From an uncultured Bacteroidales bacterium (GTDB taxonomy: Bacteria; Bacteroidota; Bacteroidia; Bacteroidales; UBA932), in contig CALUST010000024.1 in NCBI GenBank assembly GCA_944323505.1, forward strand, positions 20,755 through 84,754: DNA of 64,000 bases. The letters are read 5' to 3'. Position 1 is the first letter of the stretch. The number at the start of each line of letters is the position of its first letter. A program made the position numbers and the translations under genes. Shown here in pieces: positions 35,865 through 46,375 of this stretch. The notes under the pieces were generated by a model. That model was given only the letters and a program-made list of their open reading frames with translations, did no database searches and was not told the DNA's origin.

Positions 35865-36824
35865 TCACATCAGCCCCTTGCCGTTCTTGACAATCTGGCC
35901 CTCGTTGCTCATCTTTTGTATGAGCCTGTCGAGCAGGCCGTTGACAAATATCCGGCTCTTCGGCGTGCCGTAGAACTTGGAGATCTCCACATACTCATTG
36001 ATAGTCACCTTCACAGGTATCGTCGGGAATGTCACCGCCTCGGCAAGCCCCATGACTATCAACGCCATATCCGTCGACACGATACGTTCCCTGTCCCAGT
36101 TGGAGACAGACTCGGACACCATCTCCGAATACTTCTGATAACCGGCGAACGCACTGCGGAGAAGTCTCCTGACAAAGAGTTTGTCACTCTCCTTTTCCGG
36201 TCCGGGGACGAGGTCGCTCATATAGAGGGCAGGCAGGCTCCATCTCTCGCCTTTGGCAAGCGACTCGAGTGTCCTGCAGACGAATGTAAGGGAATATGCC
36301 AGGTCGTCATTCCAGTAGATGGACATGTCCTCCAATATCTTCTCCAGTTCCTCGCTGTCGACAAACTCCTTCTCGAATATCTTTATGAAGAGCCTGCAGT
36401 CCTCGGCCAGTGACTGCTCCGTGCCGGCCATGTAGTCGGCAAAATATTTCCTGCCCGAGACAGAGGTGAATATCTTTTTGAGGAACAGGTCATACTGGTC
36501 CCATGAGAATTTCTTCTTCTTGAGCATCTTGGTGAAATCGGGATCCCCGTCAAGCAGCACGGCAAGCCTGTTCCTTGCGAATTTCATGTTCGGGTTCCTC
36601 TCCTCGTCGGTCGGGTTGAACTTGTTCTTCGCCGCCTCTATCTTCTCCCCGGCAACACGTGTCAGAGGCGAGACTATCCCCAGCATGAAAAGATAGAGGT
36701 CTCTCGTAGCCTCACATGATTCGTCAAGTACCGCCTCAGCCTCGGCAAGAGAGACATTCCCTGCCATCATACTGCCATACAACACCTTGAATGCCTTTAT
36801 TCTAAGAATACGTCTGTTAAGCAT
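35865..36824 (-). CDS. nusB: Transcription antitermination factor NusB (long Bacteroidetes form)
   Basis: MLNRRILRIKAFK; WDRERI; IPVKVTINEYVEISKFYGTPKSRIFVNGLLD. Confidence 0.92.
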   Translation of the reverse strand: MLNRRILRIKAFKVLYGSMMAGNVSLAEAEAVLDESCEATRDLYLFMLGIVSPLTRVAGEKIEAAKNKFNPTDEERNPNMKFARNRLAVLLDGDPDFTKMLKKKKFSWDQYDLFLKKIFTSVSGRKYFADYMAGTEQSLAEDCRLFIKIFEKEFVDSEELEKILEDMSIYWNDDLAYSLTFVCRTLESLAKGERWSLPALYMSDLVPGPEKESDKLFVRRLLRSAFAGYQKYSEMVSESVSNWDRERIVSTDMALIVMGLAEAVTFPTIPVKVTINEYVEISKFYGTPKSRIFVNGLLDRLIQKMSNEGQIVKNGKGLM

Positions 36825-36910
36825 ATCTCTACTCAAAAATTTCTGCAAAGATATACTCAATTTCAGAAAAATCCTTATATTTGCAAGGTTTTACTTAAAA
36901 ATTTAATCGT

Positions 36911-37267
36911 ATGTATAGTGAGGATATTGAAGGAGCCGGCTCGATAGAGCGTTCAGGCGAAGATGTTTATTCGAAGCCGATCAGGGCGGGCAAGCGTACA
37001 TACTTCTTTGATGTCAAGGCAACTAAAGGCAATGACTATTATCTGACCATTACTGAAAGCAAGCGCAGGGTCGAGAAGGACGGGCATTTCGCCTATGACA
37101 AGCACAAGATTTTCCTCTACAAGGAAGATTTCGAGAAATTCACCGAAGGCCTCCAGGAAGTCATAGACTATATCAAGGACAACTGCCTCAAGGACGGAGG
37201 AGCCTCCGCACCGGCAAGGACCGATGAGGACAACAGTTTCTCAGACGTCAATTTCGAAGAACTCTGA
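36911..37267 (+). CDS. DUF3276 / PUR-alpha family nucleic-acid-binding protein
   Basis: YSKPIRAGKRTYFFDVK...YLTITESKR...KHKIFLYKEDF. Confidence 0.88.
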   Translation: MYSEDIEGAGSIERSGEDVYSKPIRAGKRTYFFDVKATKGNDYYLTITESKRRVEKDGHFAYDKHKIFLYKEDFEKFTEGLQEVIDYIKDNCLKDGGASAPARTDEDNSFSDVNFEEL

Positions 37268-37364
37268 TTTTCTGAAAAATCATAGACAGATACGTCTCCC
37301 GGACGGGTCGAAAGACCGCAGCGAGGGAGACGTTTTCAATTATACGAGGGAGGCTGGTCCCCTG

Positions 37365-38567
37365 CTATCGGACCCTGTTCCTCTCAAAATGCGGGATGTT
37401 GACATATCTGAATATGACAAGGGATATGACGCACAGGACAGTGCCCGCCAGATAGGCGTATGAGAATGAGCCTGCCTGCCCGATAAGGCCTCCGAGGACA
37501 AGTCCCAGTCCGATGCCGACATCCCAGGATGTGAGATATGTGGACGTGGCCGTACCCCTCTGGCTGTTCTGCCCCAGATTCACAAACATCGTATTGAATG
37601 CCGGGAACATCGAGCCGAAACCGACACCGAGGACTGCGGCCATAGAGTAGAAGAGTATCTTGCCTGCGGTCGCGGACACCTGCATGAGCCATTCGCAGAG
37701 GTAGAGCCCGAGGAAAGAGAACACTGCTATATACATTCCCATCATTATCACCTGGGTTATCCTTCCCTTGTCCACCTGACGGCCGGAGAACAGCCTGGAA
37801 ATGGCAAGCCCGGCAGCCATGCAGGTGAAGAACAGCCCCGAACCGGACGCGATTCCGATGCTTTTGGCATACATGGCCACATACGTGGTATTGATGCCGT
37901 AAGGAATGGACAGCAGGAGCAGGTCCGCCCCGAGCGGAATCCCTTTTATCAGAATGAAACGGTCAAGGGAAATCTTGGAATCCTTCTTCAACTGTGGCTT
38001 GTACGGCGTCCTGACAGTAAGCGCAGATATGAAACCGAGAGTACAGCAGGCAAGCGCGCCCCAGAATATCACATCGAAAGAATAATAGTCATGCAGGAAA
38101 AGGCCTATCATAGGTCCGAGAGCCATGGCAATATTGTTTGCCAGACCATAATAGCCGACAGCCTCTCCCCTCCTGGAAGACGGGGTGATGTCTATGACAA
38201 TGGTATTGCCCGCGACAGTCACCGTCCCGAATGCAAGACCATGCACTATTCTGAGCATGACGAACATCAGTATCGAGCCTGTCACTATATATCCGGCAAA
38301 TATGAGTGTGAATACAAGAAATGACGCAAGATAAAGAGGCTTGCGCCGGAACGAGTCAAGAAGATAGCCCGAAAACGGCCTTACCGTCAGGGCAGCGACA
38401 GTATAACTCGACAATATCACACCTGTCATCCCCTTGCTGACACCGAACTCCTCCACAAGATAGAACGGGAGCACGGGCATCAGCAGGAAAAAACCGAAAT
38501 ACAACAGGAAGTTGGCAAGCAGTACTGCACAATAACTCCCCGATACCAGTCTGTCTTTCATATCCAC
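37365..38567 (-). CDS. MFS transporter
   Basis: About 12 TM segments; GYLLDSFRRK and SGRQVDKGR loop motifs. Confidence 0.9.
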   Translation of the reverse strand: MDMKDRLVSGSYCAVLLANFLLYFGFFLLMPVLPFYLVEEFGVSKGMTGVILSSYTVAALTVRPFSGYLLDSFRRKPLYLASFLVFTLIFAGYIVTGSILMFVMLRIVHGLAFGTVTVAGNTIVIDITPSSRRGEAVGYYGLANNIAMALGPMIGLFLHDYYSFDVIFWGALACCTLGFISALTVRTPYKPQLKKDSKISLDRFILIKGIPLGADLLLLSIPYGINTTYVAMYAKSIGIASGSGLFFTCMAAGLAISRLFSGRQVDKGRITQVIMMGMYIAVFSFLGLYLCEWLMQVSATAGKILFYSMAAVLGVGFGSMFPAFNTMFVNLGQNSQRGTATSTYLTSWDVGIGLGLVLGGLIGQAGSFSYAYLAGTVLCVISLVIFRYVNIPHFERNRVR

Positions 38568-38625
38568 ACCTGAAAAATGGCTGCAAAGGTATAAAAAAAG
38601 TTATTATTTTTGCCGACAGAAAGAG

Positions 38626-40707
38626 TTGACAGAAATGAAAGACTACGGATTCATAAGAGTTGCGGCAGCCCGGCCGTCGGTCAAACCTGCTGATGTAAAC
38701 GGCAATGTGGACAGCATCTGCAGACTTATAGGCGAGGCTTCGGGGACTGGCGTCTCGCTTGTCGTGTTCCCGGAACTCTGTGTCACGGGCTACACCTGCG
38801 GGGATCTTTTCGGACAGAACGCGCTTCTGGAAGCAGCGGAGAAGGGAGTAGCCAGAATAATGGAGGCCAGCCGAGGCAAGGAAATGACGATAGTCGCAGG
38901 AGCGCCTGTCAGATACTGCGGACGACTGTACAACTGCGCGATAGTCATCCGTAACGGGAACATCAAGGGAATCGTGCCGAAGATCCATCTGCCGTCATAC
39001 AATGAATTCTACGAATCCAGATGGTTCAGCCCGGGAACAGACTTCCTTGACGGCCATTCTGACGGAAGAGCCGCTTTCATGTTCAACGGCAAGGACTCAG
39101 TAAGGGACAGTTTCTCCGCCGTGACTTCTTATGCCGGATTCAGATGTGTCATCTCCCCCAACCAATTGTTCACAATAGGCAAGGTCACTTTCGGAGTGGA
39201 GATATGCGAGGACCTATGGACACCGATACCACCGTCATCATGGCATGCCGTTGCCGGAGCAAGCATCACCGTCAACCTCTCGGCCAGCAATGACATCCTC
39301 ATGAAGCATGAATACCGCAGAAGCCTCGTATGCCAGCAGTCCGCAAGATGCATCTCCGGATATGTCTATTGCTCATCCGGTTACGGGGAATCCACCCAGG
39401 ATGTCGTCTACTCAGGCTCATCGATGATTTGCGAGAACGGCAGCATGCTGGCCGAGGGGGAAAGATTCTCCACTTCCCCGGGACTGCTCATAGCGGACAT
39501 TGACTATGAGAAACTGGAGACTCTCAGACAGAAGACAGGGACTTTCAAGGCATTCTCCCCAGACGGTACAAGTTCCGCAGGATACGGCAGGATGTTCTCC
39601 ACCGTCGCCACAGGCAAAGCCGCAGATACTGATTTCGGGAAAAGACTTTACAGGCACATTGAGCCGCATCCTTTCGTTCCGGGAGGCTACGGAGAGGAAA
39701 TGGAGAGACGGTGCAGGGAGATTTTCTCAATCCAGGTGACAGGGCTGATGTCAAGACTTGCGCACATCAACTGCAGGACTGCCGTCATCGGCATTTCAGG
39801 CGGTCTGGACAGCACTCTTGCCCTGCTTGTGGCCACAATGGCGGCTGACAGGCTGGGCTGGGACCGCAAGCGCATAACAGGCATAACAATGCCGGGATAC
39901 GGGACCACGGACCGCACACATGACAATGCCTCAGACCTCATGGCAGCCCTCGGAGTCACATCAATGGAAATCCCGATTGGAGCAGCCTGTGACAGGCATT
40001 TCCAGGATATCGGACATGACAAGAGCATACACGATGTCACATACGAGAATTCCCAGGCCAGGGAACGCACCCAGATACTCATGGACGTCGCCAACCGCAC
40101 AGGAGGCATAGTCGTCGGCACCGGGGATCTCTCAGAACTGGCTCTCGGATGGGCGACGTACAACGGGGACCACATGTCGATGTACGGGGTAAATGCCGGC
40201 ATCCCGAAGACCCTTGTAAGACATCTCGTAAGATGGATTGCGGACAATCATTTCACAGTCTGCAAGGACGAGGACCGATGCGGACGGTCCGTCAAGGACA
40301 TCCTCATGGACATCATAGACACGCCTATCAGCCCGGAACTCCTGCCTGCGGACGAGGACGGCAACATCAGACAGAAGACAGAAGACCTTGTGGGTCCTTA
40401 CGAACTCCATGACTTCTTCCTCTACAATTTCTTCCGCTTCGGATATTCCCCTGAAAAAATCCTGTTCCTGGCCGGAAAGGTATTCTGCGGACAGGTCCAT
40501 GACAAGGAAACCGGGGTCTACAGCGAGGAGACAATAAGAAACTGGCTGAATACCTTCATGAGAAGATTCTTCAGCCAGCAATTCAAACGCTCATGCCTGC
40601 CTGACGGGCCTAAGGTCGGCTCCGTGTCACTCTCCCCGAGAGGAGACTGGAGGATGCCGTCCGATGCCTCCGCAGCATTATTCATTGATTCAGTCTCAAA
40701 GGACTGA
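38626..40707 (+). CDS. nadE: Glutamine-dependent NAD+ synthetase
   Basis: Nitrilase domain (FPELCVTGY, EICEDLW) plus synthetase domain (GISGGLDST, ENSQARERT, GTGDLSE). Confidence 0.95.
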   Translation: MTEMKDYGFIRVAAARPSVKPADVNGNVDSICRLIGEASGTGVSLVVFPELCVTGYTCGDLFGQNALLEAAEKGVARIMEASRGKEMTIVAGAPVRYCGRLYNCAIVIRNGNIKGIVPKIHLPSYNEFYESRWFSPGTDFLDGHSDGRAAFMFNGKDSVRDSFSAVTSYAGFRCVISPNQLFTIGKVTFGVEICEDLWTPIPPSSWHAVAGASITVNLSASNDILMKHEYRRSLVCQQSARCISGYVYCSSGYGESTQDVVYSGSSMICENGSMLAEGERFSTSPGLLIADIDYEKLETLRQKTGTFKAFSPDGTSSAGYGRMFSTVATGKAADTDFGKRLYRHIEPHPFVPGGYGEEMERRCREIFSIQVTGLMSRLAHINCRTAVIGISGGLDSTLALLVATMAADRLGWDRKRITGITMPGYGTTDRTHDNASDLMAALGVTSMEIPIGAACDRHFQDIGHDKSIHDVTYENSQARERTQILMDVANRTGGIVVGTGDLSELALGWATYNGDHMSMYGVNAGIPKTLVRHLVRWIADNHFTVCKDEDRCGRSVKDILMDIIDTPISPELLPADEDGNIRQKTEDLVGPYELHDFFLYNFFRFGYSPEKILFLAGKVFCGQVHDKETGVYSEETIRNWLNTFMRRFFSQQFKRSCLPDGPKVGSVSLSPRGDWRMPSDASAALFIDSVSKD

Positions 40708-41532
40708 CACGCGCTCTATCATGCGGGTGAACAGCAGGGTCATCCTGTCGGCAGCGGCATCGGCGGCAGCGACAACATCATCCCCGTTGTTCTCGTAGTC
40801 CTCGGCATAGTCGTCGTGAGCCTCATTCGTTATCACAGACATGCCGAATACCGGGATTGAAGAGTGTCTTGCGGTGATGACTTCTGGGATAGTCGACATC
40901 CCCACTGCATCAGCCCCTATCATCCTGAAATACCTGTACTCTGAAGGCGTCTCGTATGACGGGCCTGTACCTGCAAGATAGACCCCTTTGCGGACCTCGA
41001 TTCCGCACTCCGCGGCCAGAGACTCCGCCATGGCAATCAGTTTCGGGTCATACGGCCTTGTCATGTCAGGGAAACGCGGCCCGAACTCGTCCAGATTGCG
41101 TCCGACAAGCGGATTCGGCAGAAGATTGATATGATCCCTGATGATCATCAGATCTCCTACCTTGAAATCGAAATTGACCCCGCCGGCAGCATTGGAGACG
41201 AACAGATACTGTATGCCGAGAACCCGCATCACCCTGATAGGGAGTGTCACAAGATCCATCGGATATCCCTCATAATAGTGGAATCTGCCCTGCATGGCAA
41301 TGACGTCCTTGCCTCCGAGCCTTCCGGATATGAAATTACCCTTGTGTCCAATGGCGGTGGATACAGGGAATCCCGGTATGTCCTTGTACGGAATCGCCGT
41401 ACTGTCCTCTATCCTGTCCGCGAGTTTGCCGAGTCCGCTGCCAAGCACTATGCCGACCACAGGCCTGCGTCCTCCCAGCCTCGACTGCACGTATTCGGCA
41501 GCCTTGCTGATTCTTTCCATTCTTTCGTCCAT
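40696..41532 (-). CDS. Purine nucleoside phosphorylase (trimeric type)
   Basis: IVLGSGLG, GHKGNF, QGRFHYYEG, GPSYETP, VGMSTIPE. Confidence 0.93.
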   Translation of the reverse strand: MDERMERISKAAEYVQSRLGGRRPVVGIVLGSGLGKLADRIEDSTAIPYKDIPGFPVSTAIGHKGNFISGRLGGKDVIAMQGRFHYYEGYPMDLVTLPIRVMRVLGIQYLFVSNAAGGVNFDFKVGDLMIIRDHINLLPNPLVGRNLDEFGPRFPDMTRPYDPKLIAMAESLAAECGIEVRKGVYLAGTGPSYETPSEYRYFRMIGADAVGMSTIPEVITARHSSIPVFGMSVITNEAHDDYAEDYENNGDDVVAAADAAADRMTLLFTRMIERVSVL

Positions 41533-41544
41533 ATCCTATATCGG

Positions 41545-42822
41545 TTATATTATCTTTGACAATGTCTTCCTTGCCTCTGACAGTATCTCCTGCTCACCGG
41601 GCACAATCCCGTCCCTCATCACAAACCGTCCCTTGCATATCACTGACTCTATGCAACTGCTATGAGCCGAATAGACCAGATTGGCAAGCGGAGAGCCGGG
41701 AGAGAGGAAGAATGTATTGAGCGTGTCGATTATCAGTATATCAGCATCCTTGCCCGGAGCAATCACTCCCGTGTCATACCCGAGGGCCCGTGCCCCGTTT
41801 ACAGTGGCCATTTCGACCAGATCTCCCAAAGGCATCGCCGATGGATCCCCCCGCCATGCCTTCTGGACCATCGCGGCAGTCTTCAACGCCTCAAGAATAT
41901 CCAGATTGTTGGATGAGGCGCATCCGTCGGTACCGATGCAGACATTGGCTCCGGCAGCCTTCAGTTCATTATAAAGGAAGCGATAGCCTGATGCGAGCTT
42001 CAGGTTGGAATTGATGTTGTGCACACAGTTCACATGATTGGCACCGAGCAGTTCCACATCATGCTCCGACAGCCACAACGTGTGCGCCGCTATCAGATCA
42101 GGTCCGAGCATCCCGAGACTGTCCAGATACTCCACCGGTGACATGCCGTGCGCCGCCATACAGTCATCCACCTCTTTCTTCGTCTCACTCAGGTGGATAT
42201 GTATCCGGAGCCCGTGCCTCCTCGCGAAGTCTGCGGCCCACAGCATCGTCTTCTCACTTACCGAATAGATCGAATGTATGCCAACCGTGAACATGCCGCG
42301 CCCGGGCCATCCCTCCGACTCTTCGTATGCCTTTATGCACCGCTCCTTCTGGACTGCAGCCGCATTCTCATCAAACCTGTCAAGGAACACGTATGACTCG
42401 ACAGGCCTTATGCCCATCTCCACTGCCGCCCTGTGCGCCGCAGATGCATACCAATAGTGGTCGTTGAAAAGTGTCGTCCCGGTCCTGAGCATCTCCACAC
42501 AGGCCGCTTTCGTACCCCAATACACATACTCGGCATCAATCTTCGACTCCACATTCCATATCCTGTCAAGCCACCTGTGGAAAAGCACGTCCTCACCTAC
42601 TCCGCGCATGAGAGACATCGCCGCATGAGTGTGCATGTTCACAAAACCCGGCATGGCCATCTTGCCCGTACAGTCAATTGCCGTGACAGGGCACCCCGCC
42701 GGAGAGGCTACATCGCCCGTTCCTCCTGCAGGCACAACAGCCCTGATTGTCTCCCCTTCGATATGAATATCAGCAAGAGAGGCATCAGGAAGCAATATAT
42801 TTTTCAGAACCAGACTATCCAT
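41545..42822 (-). CDS. Amidohydrolase, MTA/SAH (adenosine-derivative) deaminase-like
   Basis: PGFVNMHTHAAM, HIHLSE, AHTL, GTDGCASSNNLD. Confidence 0.82.
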   Translation of the reverse strand: MDSLVLKNILLPDASLADIHIEGETIRAVVPAGGTGDVASPAGCPVTAIDCTGKMAMPGFVNMHTHAAMSLMRGVGEDVLFHRWLDRIWNVESKIDAEYVYWGTKAACVEMLRTGTTLFNDHYWYASAAHRAAVEMGIRPVESYVFLDRFDENAAAVQKERCIKAYEESEGWPGRGMFTVGIHSIYSVSEKTMLWAADFARRHGLRIHIHLSETKKEVDDCMAAHGMSPVEYLDSLGMLGPDLIAAHTLWLSEHDVELLGANHVNCVHNINSNLKLASGYRFLYNELKAAGANVCIGTDGCASSNNLDILEALKTAAMVQKAWRGDPSAMPLGDLVEMATVNGARALGYDTGVIAPGKDADILIIDTLNTFFLSPGSPLANLVYSAHSSCIESVICKGRFVMRDGIVPGEQEILSEARKTLSKII

Positions 42823-43024
42823 AAAGCGTCATATTCTCTTCGCGCACGCGACTCCCGATGCGACAAGTTAAAAGTGTCCAAAGATAGCAAAATTTTCCAT
42901 GAGTAAGCAAAGCGGGCGTACAAGTATTGATTTATTTATATTATTGTATAAAAATTTATGAATTGAAAGATTTTTTATTCGCGATTTTTATTAATTTTGA
43001 CACGGTTTTGTAAAATCTACAACA

Positions 43025-43243
43025 ATGGCATTTAAAGGAGTTATAGAAGTCGATACGCAGAAATGCAAAGGATGTTCTGTCTGTATCGCCAATTGCCCTA
43101 CCGGCAGCATCAGACTGTCGGACAAAGTCAACAGCAAGGGCTATCATTATGCTGAAATGACCGGAGACGACTGCATCGGATGCTCCAGTTGCGCGATAGT
43201 CTGCCCGGATTCAGTAATCACAGTGTACAGAGTCAAAATTTAA
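43025..43243 (+). CDS. 2x[4Fe-4S] ferredoxin subunit of a 2-oxoacid:ferredoxin oxidoreductase
   Basis: CKGCSVCIANCP and CIGCSSCAIVCP. Confidence 0.92.
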   Translation: MAFKGVIEVDTQKCKGCSVCIANCPTGSIRLSDKVNSKGYHYAEMTGDDCIGCSSCAIVCPDSVITVYRVKI

Positions 43244-43248
43244 GAGAT

Positions 43249-44331
43249 ATGGCAGAAAAGATATTGATGAAAGGTAATGAGGCGATTGCCATATCGGCAA
43301 TACGCAACGGGGTGGACGGATATTTCGGCTATCCTATCACGCCTCAGTCGGAAGTCATGGAGACCCTGATGAAAGAGAAGCCTTGGGAGACCACAGGAAT
43401 GGTCGTGCTCCAGGCCGAAAGCGAGACTTCGTCCATCAACATGATCTATGGAGGGGCAAGTTGCGGCAAGAAAGTCATGACATCTTCCAGCAGCCCGGGA
43501 ATAAGCCTCATGTGCGAGGGCATCAGCTACATAGCAGGGGCTGAGCTTCCTTGTGTAGTGGTCGACGTCATGAGAGGCGGCCCGGGACTCGGCACCATCC
43601 AGCCGAGCCAGAGCGACTACAACCAGATAGTCAAAGGCGGCGGTCACGGCGACTACCACAACATTGTCATCGCACCTGCATCCGCACAGGACATGTATGA
43701 CTTCATCGACTGGGGATTCGAACTCGCCTTCAAATACCGCAACCCTGTGGTGATTCTCGCTGACGGCATCATCGGCCAGATGATGGAAAAGGTGGAGATG
43801 CACCCTATGAAGCCGCGCAGGACACAGGAGGAGATTCTTGAGGTTGCCCCTTGGGCCACCACAGGCAAGCCTGCAGGCAGGGAGAGGAACATCATCACAT
43901 CCCTCTCGCTCGATGCCGACATCCAGGAAAGATTCAACAGGAAACTCAAGACAAAATACGACCTCATCGAAGAGAACGAGGTGAAATTCAGCGAATACAT
44001 GACTGAAGACGCCGAATATGTCTTTGTGGCATTCGGATGCTCCTCAAGGATATGCGAGGCAGTCGTGGACGAGTTGAGAGCCGAGGGCATCAGAGCCGGA
44101 CTCCTCAGGCCGATAACCCTCTATCCGTTCCCTACAGCCGAGATTGCAAGGCTTGCAAAGCAGACAAGGAGCATGATGAGCATCGAACTGAACCTCGGAC
44201 AGATGGTGGAGGATGTCAGGCTCGCAGTCAACGGCCAGTGTCCTGTAGGGTTCTACGGACGCCAGGGAGGCAACATCTACACTCCTGAGGAGATTGTGGA
44301 CGCATTCAAGAAGTTCAACGGCCTGGCATGA
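43249..44331 (+). CDS. vorB: 2-oxoacid:ferredoxin oxidoreductase alpha subunit (VorB-like)
   Basis: LMKGNEAIA, GYPITPQSE, QAESE, TSSSSPGISL, MRGGPGLG. Confidence 0.88.
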   Translation: MAEKILMKGNEAIAISAIRNGVDGYFGYPITPQSEVMETLMKEKPWETTGMVVLQAESETSSINMIYGGASCGKKVMTSSSSPGISLMCEGISYIAGAELPCVVVDVMRGGPGLGTIQPSQSDYNQIVKGGGHGDYHNIVIAPASAQDMYDFIDWGFELAFKYRNPVVILADGIIGQMMEKVEMHPMKPRRTQEEILEVAPWATTGKPAGRERNIITSLSLDADIQERFNRKLKTKYDLIEENEVKFSEYMTEDAEYVFVAFGCSSRICEAVVDELRAEGIRAGLLRPITLYPFPTAEIARLAKQTRSMMSIELNLGQMVEDVRLAVNGQCPVGFYGRQGGNIYTPEEIVDAFKKFNGLA

Positions 44332-44356
44332 CCGGGCAAGCAAAAGGAAGCAGAAA

Positions 44357-45130
44357 ATGAGTATCAGCATAGAAGAAATCAAAAGACCTGAAAACATTGT
44401 CTACGGGAGACCCGCCCTGCTTACTGACAATGTGATGCATTATTGCCCGGGCTGCTCGCACGGCACTGTGCACAAGCTTGTGGCCGAAGTGATAGACGAG
44501 ATGGGCATCCAGGACAAGACTGTGGGCATCTGCCCTGTCGGATGTTCCGTATTCGCATACAACTACATCGACATAGACTGGCAGGAGGCCGCTCACGGAA
44601 GGGCTCCGGCACTCGCCACAGCCACCAAAAGGCTCTGCCCGGACAAATACGTATTCACATACCAGGGAGACGGCGACCTGGCATCCATCGGCACGGCGGA
44701 AATCATCCACGCCTGCGGCAGAGGAGAGAACATTGTCGTCATCTTCATCAACAACGGCATCTACGGCATGACCGGCGGACAGATGGCTCCTACCACCCTG
44801 CTCGGCATGAAGACTTCCACCACTCCATACGGCCGAGACCCGAAACTGAACGGATTCCCGCTTGTGATAGCGGACATGATCGCCCATCTTGACGGGACGG
44901 CATACATCACAAGACAGTCGGTGCATACCGCAGCAGCTGCAAGAAAAGCCAAGAGCGCGATAAGGAAAGCATTCGAGTACAGCCAGAAAGGCATCGGACT
45001 GTCATTTGTCGAGATTGTATCCACCTGCAACTCAGGATGGAAACTCTCCCCGGTAGAGGCCAACAAATGGATGGTGGAGAACATGTTCGCCAAGTATCCA
45101 ATCGGGGATATCAAAGATGTCCTGAAATAA
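44357..45130 (+). CDS. 2-oxoacid:ferredoxin oxidoreductase TPP-binding beta subunit
   Basis: YCPGCSHG, AAHGRA, TPP motif YQGDGD...INNGIYGMTGGQ. Confidence 0.9.
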   Translation: MSISIEEIKRPENIVYGRPALLTDNVMHYCPGCSHGTVHKLVAEVIDEMGIQDKTVGICPVGCSVFAYNYIDIDWQEAAHGRAPALATATKRLCPDKYVFTYQGDGDLASIGTAEIIHACGRGENIVVIFINNGIYGMTGGQMAPTTLLGMKTSTTPYGRDPKLNGFPLVIADMIAHLDGTAYITRQSVHTAAAARKAKSAIRKAFEYSQKGIGLSFVEIVSTCNSGWKLSPVEANKWMVENMFAKYPIGDIKDVLK

Positions 45131-45152
45131 CACAACACATTTATAGAAAGAC

Positions 45153-45704
45153 ATGAAAGAAGAGATAATCATAGCAGGATTCGGAGGACAGGGCGTCCTC
45201 TCCATGGGAAAGATACTTGCATATTCAGCCATCATGCAGGATATGGAAGTGACATGGATGCCTTCATACGGACCGGAGATGCGCGGAGGCACGGCAAATG
45301 TGTGCGTCATCTTGAGCGACAAGAAGATAGGCTCGCCTATCGTCACCAAGTACGATACAGCCATCATTCTCAACCAGCAGTCGATGGACAAGTTCGAGAG
45401 CACGGTGAAGCCTGGCGGCTGGCTCGTTTATGACCCGAGCGGCATCACCCGCCATCCGACCAGGAAGGACATCAACATCTGCCGCATCGACGCCATTGAA
45501 GGCGCCGCACGCATCGGCAACTCAAAAGTGTACAACATGGTCGTGCTCGGGGCTTTCCTGCAGGTCAACCCGATTGTGACACTTGAGAATGTCGAAAAAG
45601 GACTCGGGAAGTCCATCCCTGCAAGATACGGCAACCTCATACCGATGAACAAGGCGGCCATTGAGGACGGCATGAAGAATGTCGAGATTGTCAACAGGGT
45701 ATAA
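45153..45704 (+). CDS. 2-oxoacid:ferredoxin oxidoreductase gamma subunit
   Basis: IAGFGGQGV, PSYGPEMRGGT, NMVVLGA. Confidence 0.92.
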   Translation: MKEEIIIAGFGGQGVLSMGKILAYSAIMQDMEVTWMPSYGPEMRGGTANVCVILSDKKIGSPIVTKYDTAIILNQQSMDKFESTVKPGGWLVYDPSGITRHPTRKDINICRIDAIEGAARIGNSKVYNMVVLGAFLQVNPIVTLENVEKGLGKSIPARYGNLIPMNKAAIEDGMKNVEIVNRV

Positions 45705-45729
45705 GCCTCCTTACAGTCCATCATTTTTC

Positions 45730-45760
45730 TTTGAAATTCCGATTAAAAATTATAACTTTG
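45730..45760 (+). promoter_or_regulatory. Sigma-A promoter for zapB-like-zapA-6S(-rny)
   Basis: TTTG (45730-33), 19-nt spacer, TAACTTTG (45753-60). Confidence 0.7.
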
Positions 45761-45789
45761 CAGGCGTCGTTCATAAGAGTTCAACTGCA

Positions 45790-46062
45790 ATGATTGAAGA
45801 CATTAGGGAGGTCATCAGCAAGCTGATAGCGGCATACGAAGCCGAGAAGGCAAAGTCAGAGATGCTGACCGGTGAACTTGAGAAATGCAGAGGCTCCATG
45901 GAGGACTGCAGGAAGCGGATATCGGAGTTGGAAAAGGAAATAGATAGCCTGAGACTGGCTGAGACCATGATGGCCACGTCCGGAGACAGGGATGAAGCGA
46001 GGAGGAGGATAGACAGGATGATACGGACCATCGACAAGTGCATAACACTTATAGAAAGCTGA
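45790..46062 (+). CDS. Short coiled-coil protein, ZapB-like
   Basis: Heptad pattern; ID..IR.IDKCI tail; lies directly upstream of zapA. Confidence 0.7.
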   Translation: MIEDIREVISKLIAAYEAEKAKSEMLTGELEKCRGSMEDCRKRISELEKEIDSLRLAETMMATSGDRDEARRRIDRMIRTIDKCITLIES

Positions 46063-46075
46063 CCGGCAACAGGAA

Positions 46076-46375
46076 ATGGCAAGAGACATCACAATCAGGA
46101 TTGCAGGACGCCCCTACAGGATACCTGCCGATTCGCCGGAAAAAGAGGAACTCCTCAGGGAAGCGGCAAGGATTGTGGATGAGCAGATGGCAAGAAGGGA
46201 GAAGATGAATGTCTCGGGACAGGACCGGGAAGACCTGCTGATAATGGCTGCGCTGACAATAGGTTTCGGTTATGTTCTGCAGAAGAGACAGTTGAAGAAG
46301 ATGGAGGAGGATGAGAGACAGCTGCAGAATGAGATTGAAGGGTATCTTGAGAAAATTGATAAATATAGCCGTTAG
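46076..46375 (+). CDS. zapA: Cell division protein ZapA
   Basis: ITIRIAGRPY, EELLREAARIVD, C-terminal coiled coil. Confidence 0.85.
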   Translation: MARDITIRIAGRPYRIPADSPEKEELLREAARIVDEQMARREKMNVSGQDREDLLIMAALTIGFGYVLQKRQLKKMEEDERQLQNEIEGYLEKIDKYSR

